From IMG/VR virus record IMGVR_UViG_3300045454_000116, positions 1 to 54,413 of that record: a stretch of DNA of 54,413 nucleotides, one strand, 5' to 3'. The notes beneath the pieces were generated by a model that saw nothing but the letters and a program-made list of their open reading frames with translations, was not told the DNA's origin and did no database searches. Position numbers and translations under genes: made by a program. This DNA comes from a virus (taxonomy: Duplodnaviria; Caudoviricetes). Positions within the stretch are counted from its first letter, which is position 1, and every line of letters starts with the position of its first letter. Below, in pieces: positions 44,692 to 54,413 of this stretch.

Positions 44692-45688
44692 GCAGAAGCA
44701 GGCCGACATCGCTACGCCTAACACCGGCGTGCAGATGTGGCAGTTGCGGAAGCTGAACGCCGCGCTCGCCAACCCGAAACTCAACACCGAAAACGACGCC
44801 GAGGAGTTCGGCAAGGGCCACGAGTTTCCGACGCAGTCCTTCCAGACGTCCTGGGACGTCAACGGGACGCTCGAGAAATATCTCGGCGCGGAGATCGGCG
44901 CCTGGGCAATGGCGTTCGGCCTGGGGAAGGTCGTGAAGTCGGGCACGACGCCGAACTTCACCTACACCTGCACGCCGCTATTCCCGGCCTCGGGCGATGC
45001 TGCTGAGTTACCCTACTTCTCTTTCGTCGAGCAGATCCGCCCGGGCGCGGGCGTCGTCGTCGACCGGATGGCGGTGGGCTGCGTGGTCGAAGGCTGGACC
45101 ATCTCGATCGGCTCGGGGCCGGGCCGGGCGAACTCGAAGATCACGGTCGAGTTCGTGGGCTCGGGCAAGACCACTGAGCCCTCGGGCATTACCATGCCGG
45201 CGGCGACGATTGAAAAGCTCCTGCCGTCGGCGTCCCTTGCGCTCTCGATTAACGGCGTCAACTACGTCTCGAACAAGAACATCGTCTCGCTCGAGACCTC
45301 CTGGAAGAACAACGTCCGGCTCGATGGCGGTTTCTATCCCGGCTCGGGCTTCCAGACGCCTGGCGATGGCGCAAGTGGGGCGATCCGCGGCCGCCTCGAG
45401 TTCGGCAACCGCCAAGGAACGCTGCGATTCGTCGCCCGCTTCGAGAATGGCTCGACGGAACTCACGAAGCTCAAGAGCCAGTCCACGGGCACGGCGGTGC
45501 TGGCGCTCACCTACGACGCGAACAACTCGCTCGAAATCACCTGGCACAGGGTCTCTTTCGCCTCGGCCGAGGTCGGTGAGACGGACGGCATCGTCACCGT
45601 GTCGGTCGAATGCCTGCCGATGTGGGACGAAACCAACGGCATCGTCTCGGCGGTGGCCAAATGCAATGTGGACGGAATCGCTCAGTAG
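44648..45688 (+). CDS. Major tail tube protein
   Basis: 346 aa, G/T/S- and beta-rich; GAGGAGG RBS; precedes the chaperones and tape measure gene. Confidence 0.75.
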   Translation: MSVARMQEIQICFGKQKQADIATPNTGVQMWQLRKLNAALANPKLNTENDAEEFGKGHEFPTQSFQTSWDVNGTLEKYLGAEIGAWAMAFGLGKVVKSGTTPNFTYTCTPLFPASGDAAELPYFSFVEQIRPGAGVVVDRMAVGCVVEGWTISIGSGPGRANSKITVEFVGSGKTTEPSGITMPAATIEKLLPSASLALSINGVNYVSNKNIVSLETSWKNNVRLDGGFYPGSGFQTPGDGASGAIRGRLEFGNRQGTLRFVARFENGSTELTKLKSQSTGTAVLALTYDANNSLEITWHRVSFASAEVGETDGIVTVSVECLPMWDETNGIVSAVAKCNVDGIAQ

Positions 45689-45699
45689 AGAGAACTCTC

Positions 45700-46302
45700 A
45701 TGTTTGACGCAAAGCAACCCATCACCATCCACCTGCGCACGCCCGAGGGCGTGAAGACGGTCCGCGTGCGCTTCCCGACTGATGAGGAATGGATCGACCG
45801 CCAGAAGAAGCGCAAGGTCATCGTGAAGCAACTGGGGCGCGGCGTGTCGGAAACGACGATCCCCGACTCGGCAGAAGCCGACGCCGCCCTGCTCGCGAAG
45901 ATCCGGGTGCCTGAGGAGAATGCGCCGGAAGTCGATGCCTTCGAGGCCAGCCGCATTATCGAGCAGTTGAGCCAGGCGGATGTGGATGATGTGGCCCAAG
46001 TCGGCGACGCCTTCCGGGTGACCCTCCGTGTCCTGGGCGGTACAGTGACGCACCTGCTCAAGATGCCTTCGGCCAAGGACGTCTTCGAATACCGCCGTGG
46101 CTTCGCGCGGGTACTCGATCTGCCCTACAACCGCCAGGAACTGATTATCAACCTCGCCCCTGCGGCCACGCTCTTCAAGAAGCTGCTCGAATCCTCCGAG
46201 GGCTACGCGGGCGACGTGCCGATCATTCACCAGGCCGTCGCGGTGAAAGCCGCCATTGACGCTCTGGACGGCGCGTTCCAGGAGTCCAGCGACCCAAACT
46301 GA
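45700..46302 (+). CDS. Tail assembly chaperone (G-like)
   Basis: Between tail tube and tape measure genes; ends in slippery C CCA AAC TGA. Confidence 0.75.
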   Translation: MFDAKQPITIHLRTPEGVKTVRVRFPTDEEWIDRQKKRKVIVKQLGRGVSETTIPDSAEADAALLAKIRVPEENAPEVDAFEASRIIEQLSQADVDDVAQVGDAFRVTLRVLGGTVTHLLKMPSAKDVFEYRRGFARVLDLPYNRQELIINLAPAATLFKKLLESSEGYAGDVPIIHQAVAVKAAIDALDGAFQESSDPN

Positions 46303-46631
46303 CGCCCGGGGAGTGGCCTGAAAAACCCTCCCTCCGATTCCTGATTCACTGGGCGCTCCGCCGGGAGGAACTCTGCGACCCCGGCCTCTGCCCAGACGCT
46401 CCCGACGATGGCGGCCGCTGTGATCACTGCCCACTCGACAAACTCGATGCGGCGCAATCCTCCGAGGCGGGACTGTTGCTCCGGCGCGCGATCGACCTAC
46501 GTGCAGCGCTGAAGTTGGGTATCCGCATCAGCCTCGATGAGATTCGTGCAGATGAGTTCCATGCGTTGGTGGTGCTCGAAGAGGAACGCGACGCATTAGA
46601 TCGCGAGCAGATGAACGCACATGGCCGATAA
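46299..46631 (+). CDS. -1 frameshift extension of the tail chaperone (T-like part of G-T)
   Basis: Open -1 frame (LTPGEWPEKPSLRFLIHWALRR...HGR*) of 110 codons with no credible start, reaching the tape measure start. Confidence 0.75.
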   Translation: MTPGEWPEKPSLRFLIHWALRREELCDPGLCPDAPDDGGRCDHCPLDKLDAAQSSEAGLLLRRAIDLRAALKLGIRISLDEIRADEFHALVVLEEERDALDREQMNAHGR

Positions 46632-49600
46632 CAGGCTCGAGCTTGTCGTCGAAGTCGACACCAACAGGGCCAATGCGTCCATCAAGAGCGTCAACGCGAG
46701 TCTGTCGAGCATGGAAGCGTCGGCGGTGAAGACCGCCCGAGGCGCGGCGCAGGGAATCGATGGCATGACCGCATCCATGGTGAAGGGCGCCACGGCGGGT
46801 AACCTGCTCGCCGACGCGATCAAGAGCGCGCTCACCTGGGCCAAGGAGTTCACGGTCGGCTCCGTCATGATGGCAGCCGAGAATGCCAAAGCCGAGGCTT
46901 CGCTCAAGGCGCTGGCCAACGCGCACGGCGTGGGGGCGGCAGCTGCGGCCAGGCAAGTCGCCGCGATCGAAGAGATCGGCTTCGAGTACACCGAAGCGGC
47001 GCACGCCGTGCAGCGGCTGATCGTGGCCGATCTGGAATTGTCGAAGGCGCAGGGTCTGGCGAAACTCGCCAAAGACGCAGCGGCGGTCCAGAACATCGCC
47101 GCCGGCGAGGCTCTGGAATCCATCGTGATGGCCATCGAGTCCGGCGCCTCGCGGGGCTTGCGCACCTTGGGCTTGTTCGTCGACTTCCAGAAGGAAGCTC
47201 AGATCGCCCAGCTTCAGCTCGGCCGCACCCTAACTGAGACCGAGGAGAAGCAGCTCCGCTACAACGCGGTGATCCGCGAAGGCGCCAAGATCCAGGGAGC
47301 ACACGCGGCCGCCTCGCAGACGGTCGAAGGACAACTGGGTGCGCTGCGGCGTGAGTTCAACAACCTCCGCGAAGACATCGGATCTCAGTTCCAGGACGAC
47401 TTCAAGGCGCTGATTGGCAACCTGCGAGGTCTGGTCGGCTGGCTGCGGGAGAATACCGAGATGCTCCAGAAGTTCGGTGAGGTCGCGCTGTGGGTGTCGG
47501 GCATCCTGGCGGCTTATGCCCTGGTCGACAAGATCATGGCGCTCGCGAAGTCCATCGCCGCGCTTCAACTGGCCAGCATCAACCCCTATGCTCTGCTCGC
47601 AGTGGGCGTCGTCGCTGCGGGATTCGCCATCTACTCGCAGTGGAAGGACACCCAGGATCGGCTTCAGGCCCGCTTCGACGAGATGCAGCGGAAGGCCCTG
47701 CGCGAGGATCTCTTCAGCGGGCGGACGAGCGTCGATGCCCTGCGCAAGCAGGGGATGACCGACGAAAAGATCCGCGAACTCATCAGCGGCAGAAGGTGGC
47801 TGCCTGGCGAGCAGCCATTCGAATATGAAGGGCCCAAGCTGACCATCAAAACGTCGCCGGAGCCGGACCTCGAAGCGCTGAAACGAGCAGCCGAGATCCG
47901 GAAGCGCCAGTTGGAAGTGGAGCGGGAGAGCGCACGGGCCCTGGAGGAATCGCGGCGGCGCAGTCTGACGGGTTTCGCTCGGGACGTGGCCGAGGTCCAG
48001 GAGCAGATTCGCAAGTGGACGACCTTCGTCGACGAGCGCGGCAACGAGCAGCGGATCGCGCTGACGCGCGCGGCGTGGGAGAACGTCATCGGCGAACTGC
48101 GCGAGCGCCTGGCCAACTGGCAAAAGGAAGTCCAGGAGACCAACCGCAAGAACCTCAATGAGTATCTGGCCGCGGAGGAAGAAGCCGCGCGCCGGCGGCT
48201 GGAGATCGAGTCCCACCTGTTTAGCCAGCGGCTGACCTACAACGAGGAGATTGCGAAGCGAAACCTCGATCACCTGGAGCAGATCCTTGGCATTGACGAG
48301 ACGCAGGCCGGGATTGCACGCGAGGCCCAACTGCGTGCGCTCGACGCCACGAACGCGCAGACTTTGGAACAGAAGGTCGCTGTCGAGCAGCGCAAGGCGG
48401 CGATCGAGGTTGAGTACCTCACGCGGGTCCACGAGATCCGCATGCGACTGTTTGACCTCGAAACCTCTCGAATGGCCATCGAGGAAGAGGCGCAACTCAA
48501 GCGGCTCGGCTATCGGGCCGACGAGATCCAGGCGCGGATCGCCGAACTCACTGCGCAACGGGATGAGATCCGGCGGTTCCAGCAGGAGGCCACCGACGCC
48601 GCGATCCAGGGCGCGCGAGAGACTGCTGCAATCCGCCAGACGCAGTTGGTGCGCGACCACAACCAGCGGATCTTTGACTCCTTCAAACGCCAGGCCGAAG
48701 GAGTCTTCGACGCGCTGCTCACCAAGTCGCAGTCTATCTGGTCGGCCATCGGCAACTCGCTCAAAACAGCGCTGCTCACCGCCATCAAGGACGTGGTCAG
48801 CTCGCGCGTGGCCGCGATGCTGATGCAGTTATTCACCGGCACCCGAGTGTCGTTGACTGGTGGAGGTTCTTCCGGAAGCGGCGCGCTCGGCAGGCTTGGC
48901 GGACTGCTCGGCATCGGTGCGGCGCCGGTCTTCGGACAGGGCGGCGGTGGCCCCATTCCCGGCGGCGCGGCTGGAGGGTGGGGCACGCCTCCATTCATCC
49001 CATCGAACAGCGGCGGCTTGAGCGGCCTGCTCGGCGGCTGGAAGGATTTTCTCGGCTTCGGCGGCGGCGTCCAGTACGCCCCTGGCAAGGCCGTGACCTG
49101 GGAAGCGGCGACCATGGGCCAGAAGCTCTCGGCTCTGGGCCGGTCCAATGCCGCGCTGCTTGGTGGCGCGACGCTCGCCCTGATGGGCCTCCAGCGCGGC
49201 GGCGTTTCCGGTCTCGCCATGACCACCGCCGGCGGCGCGATGATCGGCTTCAAGTATGGCGGGCATCTCGGCGCGGCGATCGGGGCCGGAATCGGCTCGG
49301 TCGCCGGACTGGTGCGGCTGTTCGTCAAAGGCGCGCAAGAGAAGGCCCGCGAGAAGATCAAGGCCACCTACGGCGTCGACATCCGCGACAACAGCGTCCT
49401 GAAGCAGATCGTCGACATCGCCAAACAAGGTTTTGGCGGCAATCTGGAGGCGGCCATCCGCAGCCAGCAGATCCGCGACCTAGTCGAGTTGTACGCGCTG
49501 TCGACCGGCCAGAGTACTTCCGGACTCCCGGCCACCGTACGCCCGGTGTCTCTCCTTCAGCAAGGCGGCGGGCTGTTTCAGACGAACTCGGGTGGGCTGT

Positions 49601-49824
49601 CGCTCGACCGGATTGGCGGCGGCGCGCCGTCGTCCGCGGCGGGGCCAACAGTGATCAACATCACCGTGCCCGGCGCGAAGGAGTTCTTTGAGAAGGAAAC
49701 GGTCCGCGTGGTGGTCGAGAATCCGCGAGCGGTGCAATCAGCTGCAATGACCGCGACCAAGGCTAGCGCTGGCCGCCGCGAGATGACCGGGCTGCAACTG
49801 AGTCCTGGGTTGATCCTGTCATGA
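46621..49824 (+). CDS. Tail tape measure protein
   Basis: 1067 aa, Ala-rich helical, central coiled coil, Gly-rich C-terminal region. Confidence 0.9.
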   Translation: MADNRLELVVEVDTNRANASIKSVNASLSSMEASAVKTARGAAQGIDGMTASMVKGATAGNLLADAIKSALTWAKEFTVGSVMMAAENAKAEASLKALANAHGVGAAAAARQVAAIEEIGFEYTEAAHAVQRLIVADLELSKAQGLAKLAKDAAAVQNIAAGEALESIVMAIESGASRGLRTLGLFVDFQKEAQIAQLQLGRTLTETEEKQLRYNAVIREGAKIQGAHAAASQTVEGQLGALRREFNNLREDIGSQFQDDFKALIGNLRGLVGWLRENTEMLQKFGEVALWVSGILAAYALVDKIMALAKSIAALQLASINPYALLAVGVVAAGFAIYSQWKDTQDRLQARFDEMQRKALREDLFSGRTSVDALRKQGMTDEKIRELISGRRWLPGEQPFEYEGPKLTIKTSPEPDLEALKRAAEIRKRQLEVERESARALEESRRRSLTGFARDVAEVQEQIRKWTTFVDERGNEQRIALTRAAWENVIGELRERLANWQKEVQETNRKNLNEYLAAEEEAARRRLEIESHLFSQRLTYNEEIAKRNLDHLEQILGIDETQAGIAREAQLRALDATNAQTLEQKVAVEQRKAAIEVEYLTRVHEIRMRLFDLETSRMAIEEEAQLKRLGYRADEIQARIAELTAQRDEIRRFQQEATDAAIQGARETAAIRQTQLVRDHNQRIFDSFKRQAEGVFDALLTKSQSIWSAIGNSLKTALLTAIKDVVSSRVAAMLMQLFTGTRVSLTGGGSSGSGALGRLGGLLGIGAAPVFGQGGGGPIPGGAAGGWGTPPFIPSNSGGLSGLLGGWKDFLGFGGGVQYAPGKAVTWEAATMGQKLSALGRSNAALLGGATLALMGLQRGGVSGLAMTTAGGAMIGFKYGGHLGAAIGAGIGSVAGLVRLFVKGAQEKAREKIKATYGVDIRDNSVLKQIVDIAKQGFGGNLEAAIRSQQIRDLVELYALSTGQSTSGLPATVRPVSLLQQGGGLFQTNSGGLSLDRIGGGAPSSAAGPTVINITVPGAKEFFEKETVRVVVENPRAVQSAAMTATKASAGRREMTGLQLSPGLILS

Positions 49825-50267
49825 CGCGAGCAGAACTCATCGAAAAGATCGCGAGGGCCATCGCAGAGATGGAGGGCTTCTACGTCACTTCCGCGAAGCC
49901 AACGCTTGCCCAGAGGAACGCGAACCCCGGCAACATCCGTCAGTGGCGCGACGCACGCGGCCGACCGTATCCCACCCATCGCGGTTACGTGGACTTCGTC
50001 GCGTGGGCGTCTGAGCGCTTCCCGGGACTCTCGCGGGAAGAAATGAGCCGCCGTGCCCTTGAGGAGGGCTGGCGCATCCTGCGCGTGCTGGTCGGGCAGT
50101 ACCTCGATGGGAAGTACACGCAGGGCAAGCCGCCGACCGCGGAGGAGATGTTCCGGGTGTACGCGCCCTCGGCGGATGGCAACGACCCGGCGGGTTACGC
50201 GCGCTTTGTGGCCGGCAGGCTCGGCGCGCGGCCTGACCAGAGACTGATCGACCTGGTGACCGCCTGA
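49821..50267 (+). CDS. Lysozyme-like protein (possible endolysin or virion muramidase)
   Basis: 'IAEMEG', 'RNANPGNI', 'YAPSADGNDPAGYA' motifs resemble lysozyme-fold phage proteins. Confidence 0.6.
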   Translation: MTRAELIEKIARAIAEMEGFYVTSAKPTLAQRNANPGNIRQWRDARGRPYPTHRGYVDFVAWASERFPGLSREEMSRRALEEGWRILRVLVGQYLDGKYTQGKPPTAEEMFRVYAPSADGNDPAGYARFVAGRLGARPDQRLIDLVTA

Positions 50268-50668
50268 TGCCAGGCTCGGTTCAGAACGCCGCGCCCCTCA
50301 CCGTGCTGCCGGCGAGCCTCTCGCGCGCCTTCGTCCATGAGCGTGAGTACCCGGCTCTGGACAACGAGTACCGCAACGGCGAATCACAGCGGTCCGTCCA
50401 GGCGACGAATAGCCGGAAGCGCTGGCGGCTCGCCAAGCGGCTGACTCCGGCGCAGCTTGTCGCACTGCGCAGCTTCTATGACGCCCGCAAGGGCCCCACC
50501 GAGCCCTTCTACTTCTACGACCCCTATGAAACCAGCCCGAAGTTCTCGGACGACCCGACCGGCCAAGCTGTCGCAGGCCGGTACATCGTGCGCTTCTCCG
50601 GTCCGTGGGAACAGATCACTTCGCTCGCGCGCGCTGATCTGACGCTGGAGCTGATCGAACTTGCCTGA
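50267..50668 (+). CDS. Distal tail protein (gpM/DUF2460-like)
   Basis: 'NGESQR', 'FYDARKGPTEPFYFYDP', 'VRF'; position after the tape measure gene. Confidence 0.7.
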   Translation: MPGSVQNAAPLTVLPASLSRAFVHEREYPALDNEYRNGESQRSVQATNSRKRWRLAKRLTPAQLVALRSFYDARKGPTEPFYFYDPYETSPKFSDDPTGQAVAGRYIVRFSGPWEQITSLARADLTLELIELA

Positions 50669-53600
50669 CTACATCGGCAACATCGCCGTCCCGGAGATCA
50701 CGCCGTCAGGCGTGTTTCCGCTCGTGCCGGACTGGCCGCTCGAGGTGCGCCGTGACCATGAAGTCGTGGTGCACCAGTTCGGCGGCGGCAATGCAAAGGT
50801 GGAGCAGCGCTTCCTCCTCGGCACCGGCGCACGGCACTTCACCATCCGCAAGCATTGGCTGCGCGACGCAGATCGCATCGCCCTGCGCAATTTCTGGGAG
50901 TCGAAGTACGGGCCGTACGGTGCTTTCACTTACAACGCACCCAACGAAAACGGGATCGGGACCACGCCCGTCATCTGCCGCTTCGCTAATGAGCCGCTCT
51001 CCTGGGAGATGGTCGCCGACTGGGCGTGCTCGCTGGGCGTCACGCTCATCGAGATCCCCCAGACCAGCCCGTCGTATCCGCTGAACCAGATAGTCAACCG
51101 CTTCCCGCCCGCCGCGCTCCAGACCGCGCTGCTTTCGCAGGTCCAGGAGATCATCCCGCTCGTTCGCATCCAGCCTCTCCAACCCGGCTACCCGGCGATT
51201 CATATCTCTGACCAACGCTGCACGATCGGCGGCCAACTCTACCAGGCACGCCTGGTCGAGTTCGATGGCATCTCGCAATCGATCGGCAACGAGTCCGACG
51301 AGGCCCAGTTCACCTTCGGCAACGCAGATCGTGTGATGCGCGATCTCGCCAACGACGTCGATCTCTTCCGCGCCGAGATCGCCTTCAGCCTGTTCCACGT
51401 TGGCGCAGGCATCAAGCTCGACCTCTGGAAGGGCAACATCGTCAACTGGACCTGCGACTCGGGCCCCGAGTTCCGCGTCACCGCCGCCGACGGCCTCTAC
51501 GAGCTCAACCTGCCCTACCCGACGCGCAAAATCTCCCGCACCTGCTGGAAGCCGTTCAACTCGACGGCGTGCCCCTTCGCCTCGCAAGGCGCGCTCGATC
51601 TGTTCAACTTTCCCGAGGCTGATCCCGCCCGCTGCGACAAAGGTTTCGACACGCCGAACGGCTGCCGCGCCCACGGCATGAATGACTACTACGGCGGCAT
51701 CATGGCCAAGCCGCAGGGCGTGCGCATCAAGGACAACTCGACCGGCGTCTGGGGCTTCGGCCGCTCGACCCTCACCTCCGTCTCGCTCGTCGCCGACTCG
51801 ATCTACGATCAGGTCCTGCCCGAGATCTACACCGATTCGCCAATCCCCGTGAATGCCAAGATCGCCTCGGGCCGCGACGAGAGCGACTTCTACGCCGCCG
51901 TGGGCATCGTCGGCGAAGGGCCACTGGGCGCCTACGGCACGGGCCACAAGCTCGACGGGCAGTATCATCACGGCTACCCTGGTTCGCTCGGACTGATGAC
52001 CAGCCTGGGGCCCGATCCCAATCCAACAACCTTCGGTATGGACACTGACGCTGGCCCAGAGCGCGCGGCCGGCACGGCGTTCCTCATGATCCGGCGCTCG
52101 GACGCAAAGGGATTGCAACTATCGCGCTTAAGTGAGCACGCTATGGAAGCCGTCGTCGCCCAAGGGCTGAGCGGCTGGGTGTGGACCTCGCCCGGCGTGC
52201 GCGTCTTCGGACCGCCGCTGACCAACCCAATCTGGATCGCGATCAACATGCTCCTGCGCTCCAGAGGTCTTCGCCTGGGCGCGGGCGCCGCCACCGAGCA
52301 ACTCGATCTCGCCGAGACTCTGTTCGATGTCGACGCGGCCATTGCGGCGGCGGCAATCTGCGACGAGCAAGTGTCGAAGCTGGTGGGCACAGGCACGGAG
52401 ATGCAGTTCAAGTTCCGCGGTGTGCTCCAGGAAGAGAAGCCGCTCCGCGACTGGCTCCAGGAAGTCCTCATCAATTGCCTGGGCTACTACACCTTCTCGA
52501 ACGGCAAGCTGAAACTCGGCGTCCGCGTGAATTCGTCAGCCGTCGAGGCCTTCACCGAGGGCAACATCCTGTTCCGCAGTCTGCAACTGGCTCCACTGAA
52601 GCCCTCGTTCAACCACCTGACGGCCAACTTTGCCGACGAGGACTTCGAGTTCGTCGCCAACTCAATCTCGCTCTATGACATCGACTACGCCACGCTCATC
52701 GGCGGCGGCGCGGGTCCGCTATTTCTGAAGTCGACGGTGAATCTCTCCGGCACGGCGTCGAAGTCCCAAGCCGCACGGATCATCACCGTCCGCCTGCGCG
52801 AGGAACTGGGCGGCATTACGCCGGAGGAGTGGAAGAAGGCGCGCCAGATCAGTTTCCGCACAACGGTCCTTGCACTCAACACCGAACCTGGCATGGTGTG
52901 CTCAATGACCCATCCGGACATGCCCGGCGGCACGGGCGAGTTCCGCGTCACCGGCTGGCGGTTGAACAGCGACTACTCGATCGGCATTCAAGGCCGCACG
53001 ACGACGGACTCGATGTACGACCTCGTTGCCGGTCCGAAGCCCGCCGATGTTGTGCCCGAGCCTCCCGCCGAGGAAGTGCTCATCGACACGGGCGTCCCCG
53101 GCGTGCTGAACGGCATTCCTCGCCTGGGTGACTACGGAACCTTCGCCATCGACGACATGACGGTAGAGCCGGACGCCTCCGGCAACGCCAATATCGTCGG
53201 CGCGCACGAGATCACCCTGGCGCTCTACTACGTGGACGAACTCGCCACCGATCTCTGGGCGTCCCTCGACACCGCCATTGATGCCACAACCGACCCAGTC
53301 ACGGTCGTCTGCACCGTCAATCCCGATACGCAACGGGTCTTCCGGGTTGGCGACTTCGTCGTGTTCAATGACGAGTCCGCCGACCCCGGCAATCCTGGCC
53401 GGCGGTCGTATGAGTGCGCCCAGATCATCGGTCCCGGGGCGGGCGGCGACGTTGTGCCAAGTGGTGAGTTCCACCTGCAACGGGCGTATGCAGGCGTGCC
53501 TGAGGGCCAAGCGACCTTCGGCACCCTGCGCTGCGCGCACCTCGCCGGCATCCGCTTCTACAAGCTCGACCAGAAGACGTTCACCTTCAGCGTCCGCAAG

Positions 53601-54413
53601 GGCTTCTTCCGCACGCCGGGCTTGCCTGCCAGAATCGAGGCGAAGCTGCCGAGCGCCTGCATCGTGGCGGCGCTGGCCGGCGTGGCGAATCACTTCGGCT
53701 ACGGGCCATTCACCGTCTTCCCACTCTCGCGGCACAACGAGCCCTACATGCCGGGCCTGCGCACCTGCAACGGCGGCTCCTACACCTTCCAAGTGCCGGG
53801 CCCGTTGACGGTGCAAGAAAACGTCGTCATCCCGATGAAGGTGCAGGATGCCGCCTCGATTCGCTGCGTCTACGCCTATCTGCAGCGCGGTACGACGGAC
53901 GGCCAATCGGCATTCCTGGTGAAGATCAGCCGGTATGGCGGCGCAACGTGGGAACCGCTCGAGTACATGGGCATCGCGCAGGCCCTGCCGGACGCTTACA
54001 AGACTACCTACGACTTCCTGGTGAACAACGAGGGCTACGGACTGCCCGCGACGCGCCGCCTGCCGTATGCCGACTACGGCCTCGTGCTGATCTCGGCAGT
54101 AACCGCCGCGCCCGATCCGCAGACCTTGCAGACGGGCTCCTACGGCGCGAACCGGCTGGGCCTTGTGACCGGCGGCTTCGTCTTCCTCGATCCCGGTGGC
54201 GCAAACGAGGAGTACGTCCGCATGATCAGCGTCGATCCCGAGAACCAGTCGTTCCAGGCGATCGTGACCAAGGATCACGCCGCGGGCGAGCGCATCCGGC
54301 CAACCATCTGGCCGGCACCGGTACTCAACGAGGGCGACGACCTGGCGTTTGATATCCTTGCAGTCGCCACGCCGGATCCGGGTTCGGATCTAACAGTGGT
54401 GATCCAGACGTGA
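50661..54413 (+). CDS. Large tail tip/hub protein (Dit-like + gpL-like + gpJ-like regions)
   Basis: 1250 aa; Cys cluster 'CWKPF..CP..CDKG..GC..YGG'; central region resembling phage tail tip proteins. Confidence 0.75.
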   Translation: MPDYIGNIAVPEITPSGVFPLVPDWPLEVRRDHEVVVHQFGGGNAKVEQRFLLGTGARHFTIRKHWLRDADRIALRNFWESKYGPYGAFTYNAPNENGIGTTPVICRFANEPLSWEMVADWACSLGVTLIEIPQTSPSYPLNQIVNRFPPAALQTALLSQVQEIIPLVRIQPLQPGYPAIHISDQRCTIGGQLYQARLVEFDGISQSIGNESDEAQFTFGNADRVMRDLANDVDLFRAEIAFSLFHVGAGIKLDLWKGNIVNWTCDSGPEFRVTAADGLYELNLPYPTRKISRTCWKPFNSTACPFASQGALDLFNFPEADPARCDKGFDTPNGCRAHGMNDYYGGIMAKPQGVRIKDNSTGVWGFGRSTLTSVSLVADSIYDQVLPEIYTDSPIPVNAKIASGRDESDFYAAVGIVGEGPLGAYGTGHKLDGQYHHGYPGSLGLMTSLGPDPNPTTFGMDTDAGPERAAGTAFLMIRRSDAKGLQLSRLSEHAMEAVVAQGLSGWVWTSPGVRVFGPPLTNPIWIAINMLLRSRGLRLGAGAATEQLDLAETLFDVDAAIAAAAICDEQVSKLVGTGTEMQFKFRGVLQEEKPLRDWLQEVLINCLGYYTFSNGKLKLGVRVNSSAVEAFTEGNILFRSLQLAPLKPSFNHLTANFADEDFEFVANSISLYDIDYATLIGGGAGPLFLKSTVNLSGTASKSQAARIITVRLREELGGITPEEWKKARQISFRTTVLALNTEPGMVCSMTHPDMPGGTGEFRVTGWRLNSDYSIGIQGRTTTDSMYDLVAGPKPADVVPEPPAEEVLIDTGVPGVLNGIPRLGDYGTFAIDDMTVEPDASGNANIVGAHEITLALYYVDELATDLWASLDTAIDATTDPVTVVCTVNPDTQRVFRVGDFVVFNDESADPGNPGRRSYECAQIIGPGAGGDVVPSGEFHLQRAYAGVPEGQATFGTLRCAHLAGIRFYKLDQKTFTFSVRKGFFRTPGLPARIEAKLPSACIVAALAGVANHFGYGPFTVFPLSRHNEPYMPGLRTCNGGSYTFQVPGPLTVQENVVIPMKVQDAASIRCVYAYLQRGTTDGQSAFLVKISRYGGATWEPLEYMGIAQALPDAYKTTYDFLVNNEGYGLPATRRLPYADYGLVLISAVTAAPDPQTLQTGSYGANRLGLVTGGFVFLDPGGANEEYVRMISVDPENQSFQAIVTKDHAAGERIRPTIWPAPVLNEGDDLAFDILAVATPDPGSDLTVVIQT

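Larger units (their letters stand above)
2225..54413. mobile_element. Lambda-like temperate siphoprophage integrated via a large serine recombinase; left boundary approximate, right end beyond the window
   Basis: Contiguous recombinase, replication, packaging (gpA-type TerL, gpW, lambda portal, S49, gpD, gpE) and non-contractile tail genes. att sites cannot be identified. Confidence 0.9.

Noticed and set aside
50661-54413. Diversity-generating retroelement target or tail-fibre invertase system
   Set aside because: No reverse transcriptase, template/variable repeat pair or invertible repeats seen in the window.

Overview
GC-rich bacterial DNA. A host M13-family peptidase gene (1-2097, minus strand) is followed by about 52 kb of an apparently intact lambda-like temperate siphoprophage that runs off the right edge. 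Modules from left to right: (1) DUF2924-like protein and large serine recombinase; (2) a defence cargo with a divergent TM+TIR gene pair and a type I R-M system whose HsdM carries an N-terminal HTH; (3) a regulatory region with no recognisable CI/Cro; (4) an early/replication operon (AlpA-like HTH, ECF-like sigma factor, orphan ParB, PD-(D/E)XK nuclease, AAA ATPase, DUF669-like SSB, ERCC4 nuclease, RecD2-like helicase, primase-VapE fusion, iteron-like origin); (5) a cos-like site, two ParB-MTase fusions, a CAT-anticodon tRNA and an HNH-like gene; (6) lambda-type head and tail genes with a -1 frameshifted tail chaperone. Three genes carry LAGLIDADG inteins, one of them class 3. The most unusual signal is a 24-bp palindrome inside parB, just upstream of its HTH codons. 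It recurs exactly about 27 kb away as the first unit of a tandem array of three palindromes that share a frame but differ in core sequence. Other notable signals are a promoter-like motif shared by the recombinase and late operons, and overlapping divergent promoters linking the TM-TIR pair to a predicted leaderless HTH-HsdM. All family calls are by-eye motif recognition; no searches were run.
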